From NCBI GenBank assembly GCA_002633005.1, contig NMRA01000409.1:311831-375830 (forward strand): a DNA stretch of 64,000 bases, read 5' to 3'. This stretch comes from Phoronis australis (lineage: Eukaryota; Animalia; Phoronida). The notes beneath the pieces are model-generated. The model made no database searches. It saw only the letters and a list, made by a program, of their open reading frames with translations, and had not been told where the DNA came from. The translations under genes and the position numbers were made by a program. Of the stretch, positions 48,801 through 60,403 are shown piece by piece (positions within the stretch are counted from its first letter, which is position 1; each line of letters starts with the position of its first letter).

Positions 48801-51800
48801 AAGCTCATTTAAACATCGGTGCTTGTGTAAAATCGTGTTTGTGTAGCTGAAGCAGACGGAGTAACATATGTTCGCCGAGTAAAGAAATTTTAGATTAATA
48901 TTTCAAGATAAAGTAACAATTATGGTGTCACACCATATGCGGATAAAGGGGGACCAAAAGGCCAAGAGTACGCACCCCACGGGTGGCTATGCACAGCATA
49001 TCGTTTCTGGGCGTTACGCACCTATTTTCCTTTAAAATTGTGTTTGGCCCCCCTTCAAAACCGCTTGGAATGAACGCAGACCTTTGCCTTCACATATGTT
49101 TGGTTGGGTGCCTTTCTGTGAATTCCTAGATTCGCCACTGCAGACTAGAAGTAAATACCCATTCGTGAGTCGAAAATAGACCTACATGTTCGTGAGTCAG
49201 GTTTTGCGAATTCAATGCACTTTTAGAATTCAGTGCTTAAGGTGATACAGTGGGCATTGGGTGCCTACTTTTCTCTATTTCACCACTATACCAACCACTT
49301 GGAGTAGCACTCTTTTTAACAGCTGCTCCATTCATAGTTATTATAGCGTTCACAAGAATTTGTCACCGGTGAATGGGTGAGGAGAAAGAAGAATAAAATG
49401 TCTCAAACGTTTCGGAGAATGTCACGCCCCATTTTCGTCAAAGGAGTGGGTTATTAATACAGCCCATGAAAATGACTTTTCCATTCTTTTGTTTCAACAA
49501 AGACTATTACATGGACCGCCACTCTGTATATTTTCAGCGGACGAACTCTGTAATCTTACGCAGAAGCCGTTACGTCATTATTCACTGGCGACACCTGGCC
49601 AAATAATCAAGTTAACTTTAATTTCCGTCAAGTACGTCGCCTGCTAATCATGGTCGGCTGTTGTGTGGTTGGGTGGTAGCATTGCTAAAAGTACTCACGA
49701 TACCAACAGTTCTACTATCGGAAGACTTTGAACAGCGTTTCAATGCCGAATTATTCTTCATTGTACTGGACAGTAAAATAGATGCAAGAATTTCCCGTCA
49801 CACCAAAATCTGAAACAGCTAATTTAAGAGAGTGGCGCCTCCTCTGCACACTGCGCAAGAAAATGTCTGAGTTGCAAATCTGTTGTCTGTAATCTTTAAT
49901 TTCAATAGAGCATGTGCTTTCCCGTGTACTCATGTTGTACATGTAGTCCTACTTGTGGCCAATGAGCTAAATCTATCTCATTGCTTGTGGCATTGTCATA
50001 GCCCAGTGAGACAGTGAAATGTTCCACTATGGGTTGTGGAAACCTCGGGAATAACACAGGAAAAGAAAAAAACCCGATAAATTAGTATCAGTACAAGTCT
50101 AACACTTGTACCTTAAACGAGCAGATGCCTGCAGTTTATTACGTACATCGTGTGCATTTTAATACGTAGATCTAGCCGTAGAGGCTAGAGTTCAATGGTC
50201 TCGCGAGACCATATCGAGTTGAATGACTTACTGCTAGTGAACTCGTGCTTTCGTTTTGTTTCCAAATAGGGATCTGGGTGAAACGAACGGTGACCGTGCT
50301 GATGCACGTATGATGTACAGTGATGCGTTGTGTAATATCGGATATATATTATAGTAACTTCAGATTTCTATCATTGTTTTCTTTATCGCATCAGCATTGT
50401 CGACAGTCCGTTCCAGGGCATAATGTTCCCTTTTCCAGATAATTACTAAATATTAGTTTACCTTTTTCAGAAAATTGTGAGACGAAGTTCCGGACACAGC
50501 ACTCATGGCAACCACACCCACAGTAAGTTAATGGACGTAACAAAGCGCATGCGCAGGCATGCAGATTCTCTTGGGAAATTGGCGAGAATAGATAGAAAAC
50601 GGGTGCATTTAGCGCCGTACACAAGTTGTTAAGTAATTTAAAACCGGCAATTCAGAAGAGAATAACTTTCAATCTGGGAATAGTAATCTGCGTGTTCAAT
50701 GTAATGGGACCAACGTATCGATCACTTGCGTACCATTGCATTGACATGTAACATACACAAATTCACGTTTACTTAGCACATTAGAATCTTGATTACCGAG
50801 AATTATAAACCTATTTCAGATAACGATTTGAAGAGTTGGGTTCTCTGTCGGCTCAGGTTTAGTGCGCTGTTCTAGACCTGCCAACTTCAGTGCTATGATT
50901 CACGAAAAGAGAGTTTTAGCCTTGGATGCTTCGCGGGTTACAAACTTTGTCTCATACTGTAGAAAATCTAGGATTTGTTCTGGACATACATGTAAATGAC
51001 AGTAAGTACTTACCAAAGAAGTGAATCAAATAATCAGGACTTGCTCAACTTAAACTCTTGCACAAGGACAGGAGACGCTCTCCTCGGAAGCCGGATCGCG
51101 AACCAACTTCTGATTGGACTTTTCTGGCATGTTTGAAAAGGAAAAACTTCCAGAGCTTCTCAACATTCCTCCCAGCCATATCTGATAAAACCAACCATTA
51201 AAGACACTCCAAAAAGATACACTCATCATCTGGAAATGAGATTATAGTACACCCGCTAAAAGAGTACTATGGAGTGCTATCCGCCGGACACAATTCCACA
51301 ACCGTAAAAACAAAACAATGGTAAAACATACCCGGAAAACATATTCATTGTATGTTCATACAAGCTTACATGTACCTTGACGCATACCTGGTCATATACG
51401 TTCGACTGAAACACAATAAAACAACACGTACACCAATTAGTGACGTTATATAACCTATATTTCAAAAAACACACACTATGATTACAATAAAAATGAAAGT
51501 ATTTTTTCTCCCAAACCTATGATTGGACGTTGCTGACTTGTTTGCAAGGGAGATGTCCCCAAACGTACGCAACATTCCTCCTCGCCATATCTGTCGGTGG
51601 TCGTCGCCATCTGGCGTCATAGGTTCCAGTTTAAACTAACCATTACACACAACCCCCAAAACGATACAATCGTCACCTGGAAGTGAGATTACAAAAACCT
51701 CGCGAAAAAAATATTATGGAGCACTATCCGGACATTAGTACCCGACCACAAAAGCAAGACAATGATAAACTATACACGGAAAATGTATGTTTTCATATCC

Positions 51801-54800
51801 GCTTACCTTGACGCGTACCCGGTCAAATGTGTTATCGTGCCACACAATGAAACAACACGTAAACCAACTGGTGAAATTATATAACCTATATTTCAAAAAA
51901 TGCTATGATTACAATAAAAACTGAATTCCATTTCCTCTCAAACCCCTTACTGGACGTTGCTGACATGTTTATGAGCTTCAGAACAATAATCCGTACAGTT
52001 GATTCCAAATACTAATCTAAAATCAGTCCAATAGAGTATAACGTCACAAATTGCTAGTCAGATCAGATCGTTTGTTTTAAGAATTGCTAAATCGTAGAGC
52101 TAGCAGTATATGTGCAAACCATTACGTTGTAAACACGTCACGCAAAGACAGGAATTCTCATTAATGCGGCTATAACTCTGCCTTTCATCACAAAAAGCAA
52201 ATTTTTATTGAGACCAATTACCGTTATGGAATTAGACCCAAATTTTAATTAGTCAAATTGGAGTCGATTTCAGCTTCAAGAGCACTCACAGGTCCTACAC
52301 GCTGGTTTGTCACGTGTCATTTTGTGTACGGAGCACGTTCTCAAGCAATCACGATTGAACGTTCAATTCATTGCAAACCCAGAATTCAATTCGCATCTGA
52401 AAGAGGAACACGTTCAGATCAATTCTACGGCGATTTAACTGGACACCCCTGAAACCATACACAGAAGATGTGAAAACTAAGGTCCAGAGAACAATAACTT
52501 ATAAACGTGACCTATACATTCAGAGGCTGGAGGAGGAGGTAATTTTTGTTGTCACCATTTTTGCGTACATGCTACGTTGTCATTTAATTTCAGTTCACTG
52601 GGGCTATAAAGACGGCATGGGTTACGGGCCGTCCAACTGGGGCGGCACGTGCGCGAAATCGACTGGTCAATCACCAATCAACGTGGACACAACTGTAACA
52701 AAGTTTGACCCGGATTTGAAAACGCCCAAACTAGCGGGGTATGAACGACCCGTTGGCAACGTTACCATGTTGAACAACGGACACTCAGGTAGGCCTACAT
52801 GTAATTACGAAAAATGCAAAAAAATGAAACACTGAAATGTCACTATTAGGTGTGCTTGAATCCTTGGTTTGAGGTTTCTTTTATCGGCCGTGGCCGGTGA
52901 TCGCCGAGTAATGGCGCTTGTTTTGAGCATGTTCAAAAAACGACAAAGGTCGCTATACATGCGTCATGCTTGAGGCAACTTTTACGTTAACACTGGGGGC
53001 TTTGATACATGTACCTCAACGCGTAAGTGACTTTAAACCACACGGTAACGAACCCGCCCTAGTCAATTCACAAATTAACGCGCGTGGCTTAGCCGCGCTG
53101 CTAAAGAAGTCCTAGTCGCTTATCGGTTTTAAAAATTCTAAGACGGCTAATAATTACTTTTCGATTTTAATACCAGTCATGCTGGTCGTTTGCCTTACTT
53201 GTTCGTTTTATTTTTTTATTTATTTTATTTTTTCTTTGACGTAGAAATTAGCACGCTAAACAGGCACGTTGTTTACGACCGCACATTCGGGCAAGCACAT
53301 GAATAGCGACTAGCTCACTTCAATGCGTAACGGCGCCATCAAGCCTTTGCTGTGCCGCGGAATTCTTGTCTAAACTCATTCTTAAGTAGAAAAGAAAATG
53401 TTAAAACTAATCTCTAGTCTCTGATTTGATTTCCATGGAAACCAAAAGACTGTTTCCTGCCTTGCAGTAGTCGTTACCTTTCGGCTCTTTCCGTGAAAAC
53501 GTATCGCGGGTTTAACTTCGTCATTCATGTCATTATACAATCTCTTTTTCCAGTGTCAATTTCTTTGAACGGTGGCATGACCTTGACATTGCCAAGCGAC
53601 GGGCAAACATTTCGTGCAGTTTCTTTCCATTTCCATTGGGGCGTCGACAACAAAGTTGGTTCCGAGCACACGGTGGACGGCAAGCCTTTCCCAATGGAGG
53701 TGAGGTCGGCCTGACTTCTCTGTTTTTGAAAGAAATGCTAAATATTTCGCCATTTCCATTAATTGGAAGCCATCAACTTAAAACAGTATAATATATCATT
53801 CCCGCCGCCCGTTTCATGAAAAAAGACTTTAGTCTACGTCATAAATTTCATCTTACTTGCGCTCTACACAGCTATTTTTGAAAAGCAATTTATATCACCT
53901 CAACAAAGTACGAGTTCTCTGAAAATTTATCGTTAGTCGCCTAAATAGTTTTTATATGTTATACCTAAACTGTCATGGTCTAACCATTATGTGTCAAAAA
54001 CTTCACTCCGTAATTGTAAAGTGGGAATGTAAGTAAAAATTTCTGACCTAAATCTAATTTTAACCCTGTTTAGCTGGCCCAAAAACTAAAATCAAAATAG
54101 GCCTTATACATGTAGTTTCATAAAGTCGGACTCATAATGTTCCTACCGTGATAGGATTCCATTTCCATTAGCGACCCTGGTAACAGGCATTACATGTACA
54201 TGTGCCATTTTGCAATTCACAATTTTACGGTTTGGCCAAAGCCAATAAAGTTTGAAGCTTTTTTGAGTCATTGGTGATTTCTACGTTTTGGTTAATAACT
54301 GAAATGGTACCCTTTCACGGTAAGGAATATTACCGAGACAGGATTTATAAAGGCCTAATTCGATTTTTATTGGTACATGTACGAAATCCAATTTGGACAT
54401 GGGACCTGTATGTTTTGGATAAACGTCTAAATCTGAGGGCATGCAAACCGATGCTCACACACGGTATTCTGCGCTTCAGCAATACATCCTCCTGGCACAG
54501 TGCCAAACTACTCTTCCACAGAAAATGTGCCGTGAAAGAGATTGACTGAGACTGGTTCCCATTGAAGGACACCTTCCCTCCATCCTTGTGAAGAGTTTTA
54601 AGTTGTCAGCCCAGTTCGTTATCTCATGAAATATCTCTTGTAACGTATTTTGAGATGTTCCTAAATATCCACGAAAAGGTAGAGGGTGTTTCCTTTTACT
54701 ATAATACTTCACTTCAATGTCGACACCAGGTGGTGCAACTGTAGACTCTTCTCGCGTGAGGTAAACGGCCGTGTTCTTATCTACGTCTTAAGCGTGTAAG

Positions 54801-57800
54801 CATATTGTCGTAGTGATGCAAGCACGGGCATATTTAGAGGAAAAAGCCTGGTGGTATGTTTTAGCATCTGCCAGCAAAAGAATTGTCAAGTGACTATTCA
54901 TGCTGAAAAAACACTTTGTTTCAAACCCAGTTTTTTATATGATTCAATGAAGACAGAAAGCATACATCACTCGCATTTCGCGGTTATTTCTCAAGGGATT
55001 GCTGATTGCACACAGTATAAATGATACACGGCCCACAATTTGATTTGGTCCTAGAGAAATCGATTGCAAGTCGTCTGATAGTTTCATACGCGTAAAACGG
55101 GTTTGTGCACTAATGCATGTTTTGCAGCCTCTTGCAACTGCTGATGTAAGTTCCAAGTCCCCTTAAATGACTTCGTTTTGTGTTATTTTGCTGTCCAAAA
55201 ATACAAGGAGGCTCCAAAGGAGGCACTAGAGCCCGTTCAAGTGCAGACATGCGTCAAAATTCACTTTTTCTTTACCGATTTAAAGTTACGTTGAGCGCTG
55301 TATCGACTGGTCAAAAATGGCCGAAAAAAAAAAAACGGTTTATCGAACCAAAAACAAAACCAGTGCCCGGTTGCATGAAACAGTCCCAAATAGGGACTCG
55401 ACTGAGTTCCCTGAAACTTTTGCGTATTGGTTTCGTAAAATTTAAATTCGCTATTTTTAGTTTATCGTTATTAGATATATGAGGTGCTTTTTGACGAATG
55501 ACATTTTCTAATAATGTAACTAAAACCTGAGTCCATAATTCAGACAAAATAGTTAGGGACTTAAAGCAGAGGCTTTGCATGACAAAAATCCCTGCTTATT
55601 TTCAATAATAGTAAAAAATCAACGTAGAATTCACTTTCGATTAGTATCAGAGCCAAAAAATTGATTAAGAAATGAGACTGAGAATAAGAAAGGACAATCA
55701 ANCCTGGTGGTATGTTTTAGCATCTGCCAGCAAAAGAATTGTCAAGTGACTATTCATGCTGAAAAAACTCTTTGTTGCAAACCCAGTTTTTATATGATTC
55801 AATGAAGACAGAAAGCATACATCACTCGCATTTCGCGGTTATTTCTCAAGGGATTGCTGATTGCACACAGTATAAATGATACACGGCACACAATTTGATT
55901 TGGTCCTAGGGAAATCGATTGCAAGTCGTCTGATAGTTTTATACGCGTAAAACGGGTTCGTGCACTAATGCATGTTTTGCAGCCTCTTGCAACTGCTGAT
56001 GTAAGTTCCACGTCCCCCTAAATGACTTCGTTTTGTGTTTTTTTTTTTGCTGTCAAAAAATGCAAGGAGGCTCCAAAGGAGGCACTAGAGCCCGTTCAAG
56101 TGCAGACCTGCGTCAAAATTCACTTTTTCTTTACCGATTTAAAGTTACGTTGAGCGCTATATTGACAGGTCAAAAATGGCCGATTTCGAAGTAAAATGAA
56201 ATAAGAAAACAAAAAACGGTTTATCGAACCAAAAACAGGACCAGTGCCCGGTTGCATGAAACAGTCCCAAATAGGGACTCGACTGAGTTCCCAAAAAACG
56301 TTTGCGTATTGGTTTCGTAAAAATTTAAATTTGCTATTTTTAGTTTATCTTTATTAGATGTGGGAGCTGCTTTTTGACGAATGATATTTTCTAATAAATG
56401 TAACTAAAACCTGAGTCCATAATTCAGACAAAATAGTTAGGGACTTAAGCAGAGGCGTCGCATGACAAAAATCCCTGCTTATGTTCAATAATATTAAAAA
56501 ATCAACGTAGAATTCACCTTCGATTAGTATGAGAGCCAAAAAATTGATTAAGAAATGAGACTGAGAATAAGAAAGGACAATCAATGTTTTCAAAAGCCCA
56601 CAAATACGCAGTAGATTTTGAGGACCTAGTTAAATCCCTACATGGGACTGTTTCATACAACCGGGCACTGAAGAACTTCACTCTGATCACAGTAGAAGCG
56701 CGTAAAAGAAATAATCCAACATTTACTTAAAACTTCCATACTTCAAGATTTTCAGTGCAACGCCGAATCACAAAATTAAACCAAAGCAATCGACACTGAA
56801 ACAGGGTGTCCGACAAGGGTAATGGTCATATTACCCAATCAGAGCTTGATAAATGTTTAACTGCAACACTATCGACTTTGGAGATCGTTCACTGTCCCAA
56901 AGCGAATCCGACTGATTTTTGGCCGGCATTCACGCTTGTCGTGTCGGAACATCAATGTAAAATTTGACTCGCCACAGGTAACGCTAGAAAATTGGGTCTC
57001 ACTGCGAATAATATAACGACAGTCTAATATGTTGCTTCTAGATGCACGTGGTTCACGTCAACTCAAAGTATGCTGACACTGCATCTGCCATCAAGCACAA
57101 AGACGGTCTAGCCGTACTGGGATTTTTTCTTGGAATAGGCAGTAACAACTCCAGGTACTTCGAGCCCATTGTGGAGAATTTGCAATACATTCCAAGCAGA
57201 GGTACGTAGTTTTCAACGGGGACTCGAGTGCCTTTTCTTCTCAAACACGTGACCTTTTCAGCAGCCTTCAAAACTCAATCAAAGCAATGACCAGTCATCA
57301 AATTTACTATTTTTAACAAAATACGCCACTGTCATCAACCTGTTCCATCCCGTGATCATAACATGTGCATAAAATAGGCGGACACGACCAAACAAAATCT
57401 TTTTGGTTAATATGCGATACTTTTGCCTTCGAAAATTGTGATTGCCCGGCCGGCTCACGGCACGCCGCGCCGATCTGAGTAATCCATATCCGCGTGGTCA
57501 CTCCTTTCGGCATAAACACCGTCATTATGTCGCCGTCGTCGTCGCCATCATTAGTCATCTCTAAATATTCGAATAGTTATCTTCATATCCCGCCATTCCA
57601 GGTGTAATTGTAGGACAGCGCCACGCGTCATTAGCGCTTAAAATGTATCATCGACGCACTGTAATGGCAGTAACGGGCGCATAAAAATTGAATCGCAACG
57701 GCACCTGACTTGAAAAGCACTGTCCTATTAAGTACTTCAAACCTAAGGACAATGAAGAACACCCGAACAAAACTAATGCCATTGACCAAAACAACAACCT

Positions 57801-60403
57801 GAACAGTGAAGCAGAAAATACTGATGTGACCCAAATAAAGGTTCTACAAATTGGCCAGTACATTTGAGGTCCTGTGTGTCGCAATTGACCAACAGTAACA
57901 TTTTTCTTAAATCATTATTGGGGTGTTCTTGTAGCTACCATGTTTCGTTATCGTCATTGGCGTCATCGCAGGCCGTTCGTTACCTCTTCAACACCCGCTC
58001 CTTCTGGGGGATCCTTCGTCTCGTAGGCCACTCTAGGACATGAATTTTTGTTTGTTCTTATTGCAGGCAATTCTACGACAATTTCTGGGTTTTCCCTCAA
58101 AGAGTTGATTCAGCCGGCGGTAACAAGGAGGCGTTTTTGGAGATACGACGGAAGTTTGACAACGCCTCCTTGCTCAGAAGTCGTCACGTGGACTCTCTAC
58201 AGCGACGTAATATACATCAGCGTTGATCAGGTTTGAACAATAAACCAGAAAATTTCAAAATTGCATTCGAGTAGGATCGTCCCAGATTACACGGAAACAC
58301 TCGAATCGCTCACATTTTCACAATTTCCGTCCAGCATTCTGTATTCGTTTTCGTGCCCTTGGAGTTCCACTTTTTCTATAAGTCGTTGTATTCTTTACAA
58401 GCTTTTCTCTTCTGCATTACCCAATGCCAACTAAGTATTAGTGCTACGGTGTGGGCTGCAACTCTGACGGTAAAGTTAGGTGAACCCACTTAGCCTACCG
58501 TGGATACGTGCGTTGGAGTTCTTCGCCTTCCCGACATCATTCGGTCAAGAAAGAACGTTCGTTGGGTTAATTTTGAACCAAGCAGAATCCCCTTTCTTGA
58601 AGATACCTTTTAAATTATGGCACTTTTAAACGGTTGAAATCTAAAACATCCACAATCACACACCTCCACGGTTTCTGGCAGACCTGGCAAAATGTGTCTG
58701 ACGTTCCAAAACGATGTCAATGGAAACAACGCGTTTTCTTACCTCCGGGACAGAGGAAATTTCTATCACTGTGTCAAACGTGTTTCATCAGTCTCCCCGA
58801 TTCTTAGCCCCTAACGGTGCTAAGCCGGTCAAACCGAATAGGCAATGATTCTTCCCCTTCACGGTATTATTACAGTTAATTAAAAACGTTACATGTATCT
58901 CGCGGTAGACTATTCTGAGACCTAAATGAAATATTCGACTCCAAAATACGAATTAAAGCAATATGGTTTTCAAAGATGGCGCTGGATGGGATATAAAACT
59001 GACAAGACCAACAGAGTTACGTGGTGACACTGATCAAACATGCGGCAGGATGTTAATCATTATGTTACTGTCTCATTGTGTAGCCCTGACTGAAAAAGGC
59101 CAGGTACTTGAGTCGTCATCGTTCCAAGCAGATCACGAAACTAAACGCAATTTCGATTCCTCTATTTGCTTTTCTTACATCCTTTTTATGCCGCACATTT
59201 GAAGCTGCACCGTGTCACAAAGCGGATCTTGCGATTCTTAAAGGGCGTTCTTTCCCGCAGATGGAACTTGCAACGCCAGGGTCCAGTTTAGGCAGGAAAT
59301 AACGAAACACTTAGGAACTTGTAACTTTGACAGTACAATGGGAGGTGACAGCACAACTCTGTCAGACGACGCCAAAACAGAGATAGAAACCAACAGGATT
59401 ACTTCTGTCGAGAGTTGACTCAAAACAACATCCCTATCTAATCGAAATGTCGCAAGGATTTTTTTACTCTTGGTCAAACTTTTGAGGGTTGTCGGGTAAT
59501 TCATGGCGGTCTTTTGTTGTAACGATGTGTGGTAGGGTTTAGACGTACGCGCTTGTGAAAGTGGCAGAGAACTGCTTCTCAAGTTTAGCGAAGTCAAATT
59601 GAAATCCTTTTCCCCGGCAAAGCTGGCTTTAACCTGCAAGTACGAGTTTTTATTTGGTCACTGTAATATGAAAACAATAAGCTGGTACAGTAGTCAACCC
59701 CAGACGTTGAGAGGAAGTTTCAGAACTTGCAATTCTTTCAAAACGGCCGCTAGTTGCGTGCCTTGTCCGACGCTTTCAGTTGGCGACGCGAAGACTGCGC
59801 CAGGTGGTCAATGAAGAACAACACTAACGTTCTGACAACGCCGAAGTGTTCACTTTTTTCGAGGGCTGGGGTGCAACACCAGGTAGCACAACAGGTTCAA
59901 ATATAAGAAATCATGATAGGGTTTAGCAGTCTTTTAAATATCCTACCAGGCTCGGCTAATCACCGCCAGAGGAGAAAAATACATGAACGTCCAGGTGGTG
60001 CGCAGCCACTGGGGTAGTCGGAAATTATAAAATTGATGGCAATCAGGAGGACGTGAAGAAAATTGACTTGGGAGGGACGAGGGGGGAGGGGGTGAAAGTG
60101 GGTGGCGACTGAGGGATCAGAAATTTAATATGTGTCATCCTCAATAAATTTTATGCACTCAGGCCTGCATGGTATACGTTTGTCACGAGGTTTCAATGGT
60201 TTCCGTCTGTCTTTCAGATGAACAAGTTCCACAAAATGATAGAGCTCGACGAATTTGTAAAGACCAACCATAGACCACCGCAACCAGTAGGTCAACGTGT
60301 AGTTTTCGCCTCCTTTGAAACCTCTGGCAGCAGCCCCGTGACTGCAGTACATCAATTCGTCTTCCTTCTCTTGGCAGCTCTAACTTACTGAGACTTGGGT
60401 AAC
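45769..60403 (+). CDS. CA: Alpha-carbonic anhydrase, extracellular, predicted GPI-anchored (CA4/CA15-like architecture), about 306 aa
   Basis: Exons 52594-52788, 53554-53699, 57042-57201, 58067-58230 and 60218-60403 encode HWGY, QSPIN, NNGHS (His64), FHFHWG (His94/His96), GSEH, EMHVVH (His119), GLAVLG, YDGSLTTPPCSE and NHRPPQP, plus the extracellular-CA cysteine pair. The C-terminus is SGSS, a spacer and a hydrophobic tail. The putative signal exon is 45769-45825. Confidence 0.9.
46211..46416 (+). repeat. 72-bp minisatellite, about 3 copies
   Basis: (g/a)tacggttgtacatacgttataactgaatgg recurs at 46211, 46276 and 46348. Confidence 0.9.
51110..51972 (+). repeat. Diverged direct repeat, unit about 410-430 bp, 2 copies
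   Basis: aacattcctcc..gccatatctg at 51162 and 51571; tggac.tt.ctg.catgttt-like block at 51110, 51520 and 51950. Confidence 0.75.
52594..52788 (+). CDS. CA: CA exon (HWGY...QSPIN...NNGHS)
   Basis: tttcag / gtaggc boundaries; alpha-CA N-terminal motifs. Confidence 0.9.
53554..53699 (+). CDS. CA: CA exon (...SFHFHWG...GSEHTVDGKPFPME)
   Basis: ttccag / gtgagg boundaries; zinc ligands His94 and His96. Confidence 0.92.
54847..56584 (+). repeat. Near-identical duplication of about 870 bp joined by a single N at 55702
   Basis: 54847-55701 versus 55703-56584. Confidence 0.9.
56242..56670. mobile_element. MITE family 2 (partial duplicate at 55361-55701)
   Basis: CAGTGCCCGGTTGCATGAAACAGTCCCA ... TGGGACTGTTTCATACAACCGGGCACTG. 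Confidence 0.78.
57042..57201 (+). CDS. CA: CA exon (MHVVHVNSKY...DGLAVLGFF...)
   Basis: ttctag / gtacgt boundaries; His119. Confidence 0.92.
58067..58230 (+). CDS. CA: CA exon (...WRYDGSLTTPPCSEVVTW...)
   Basis: ttgcag / gtttga boundaries; Thr199 loop. Confidence 0.92.
60218..60403 (+). CDS. CA: CA last exon (NHRPPQP...SGSSPVTAVHQFVFLLLAALTLLRLG*)
   Basis: tttcag acceptor; NxRPxQP motif; GPI-signal-like terminus; TAA at 60401. Confidence 0.88.

Noticed and set aside
58500-59800. Possible minus-strand LINE ORF1/endonuclease remnant in a CA intron
   Set aside because: Only hints such as RNRGGV are visible; no convincing domain can be seen by eye, and a profile search is needed.
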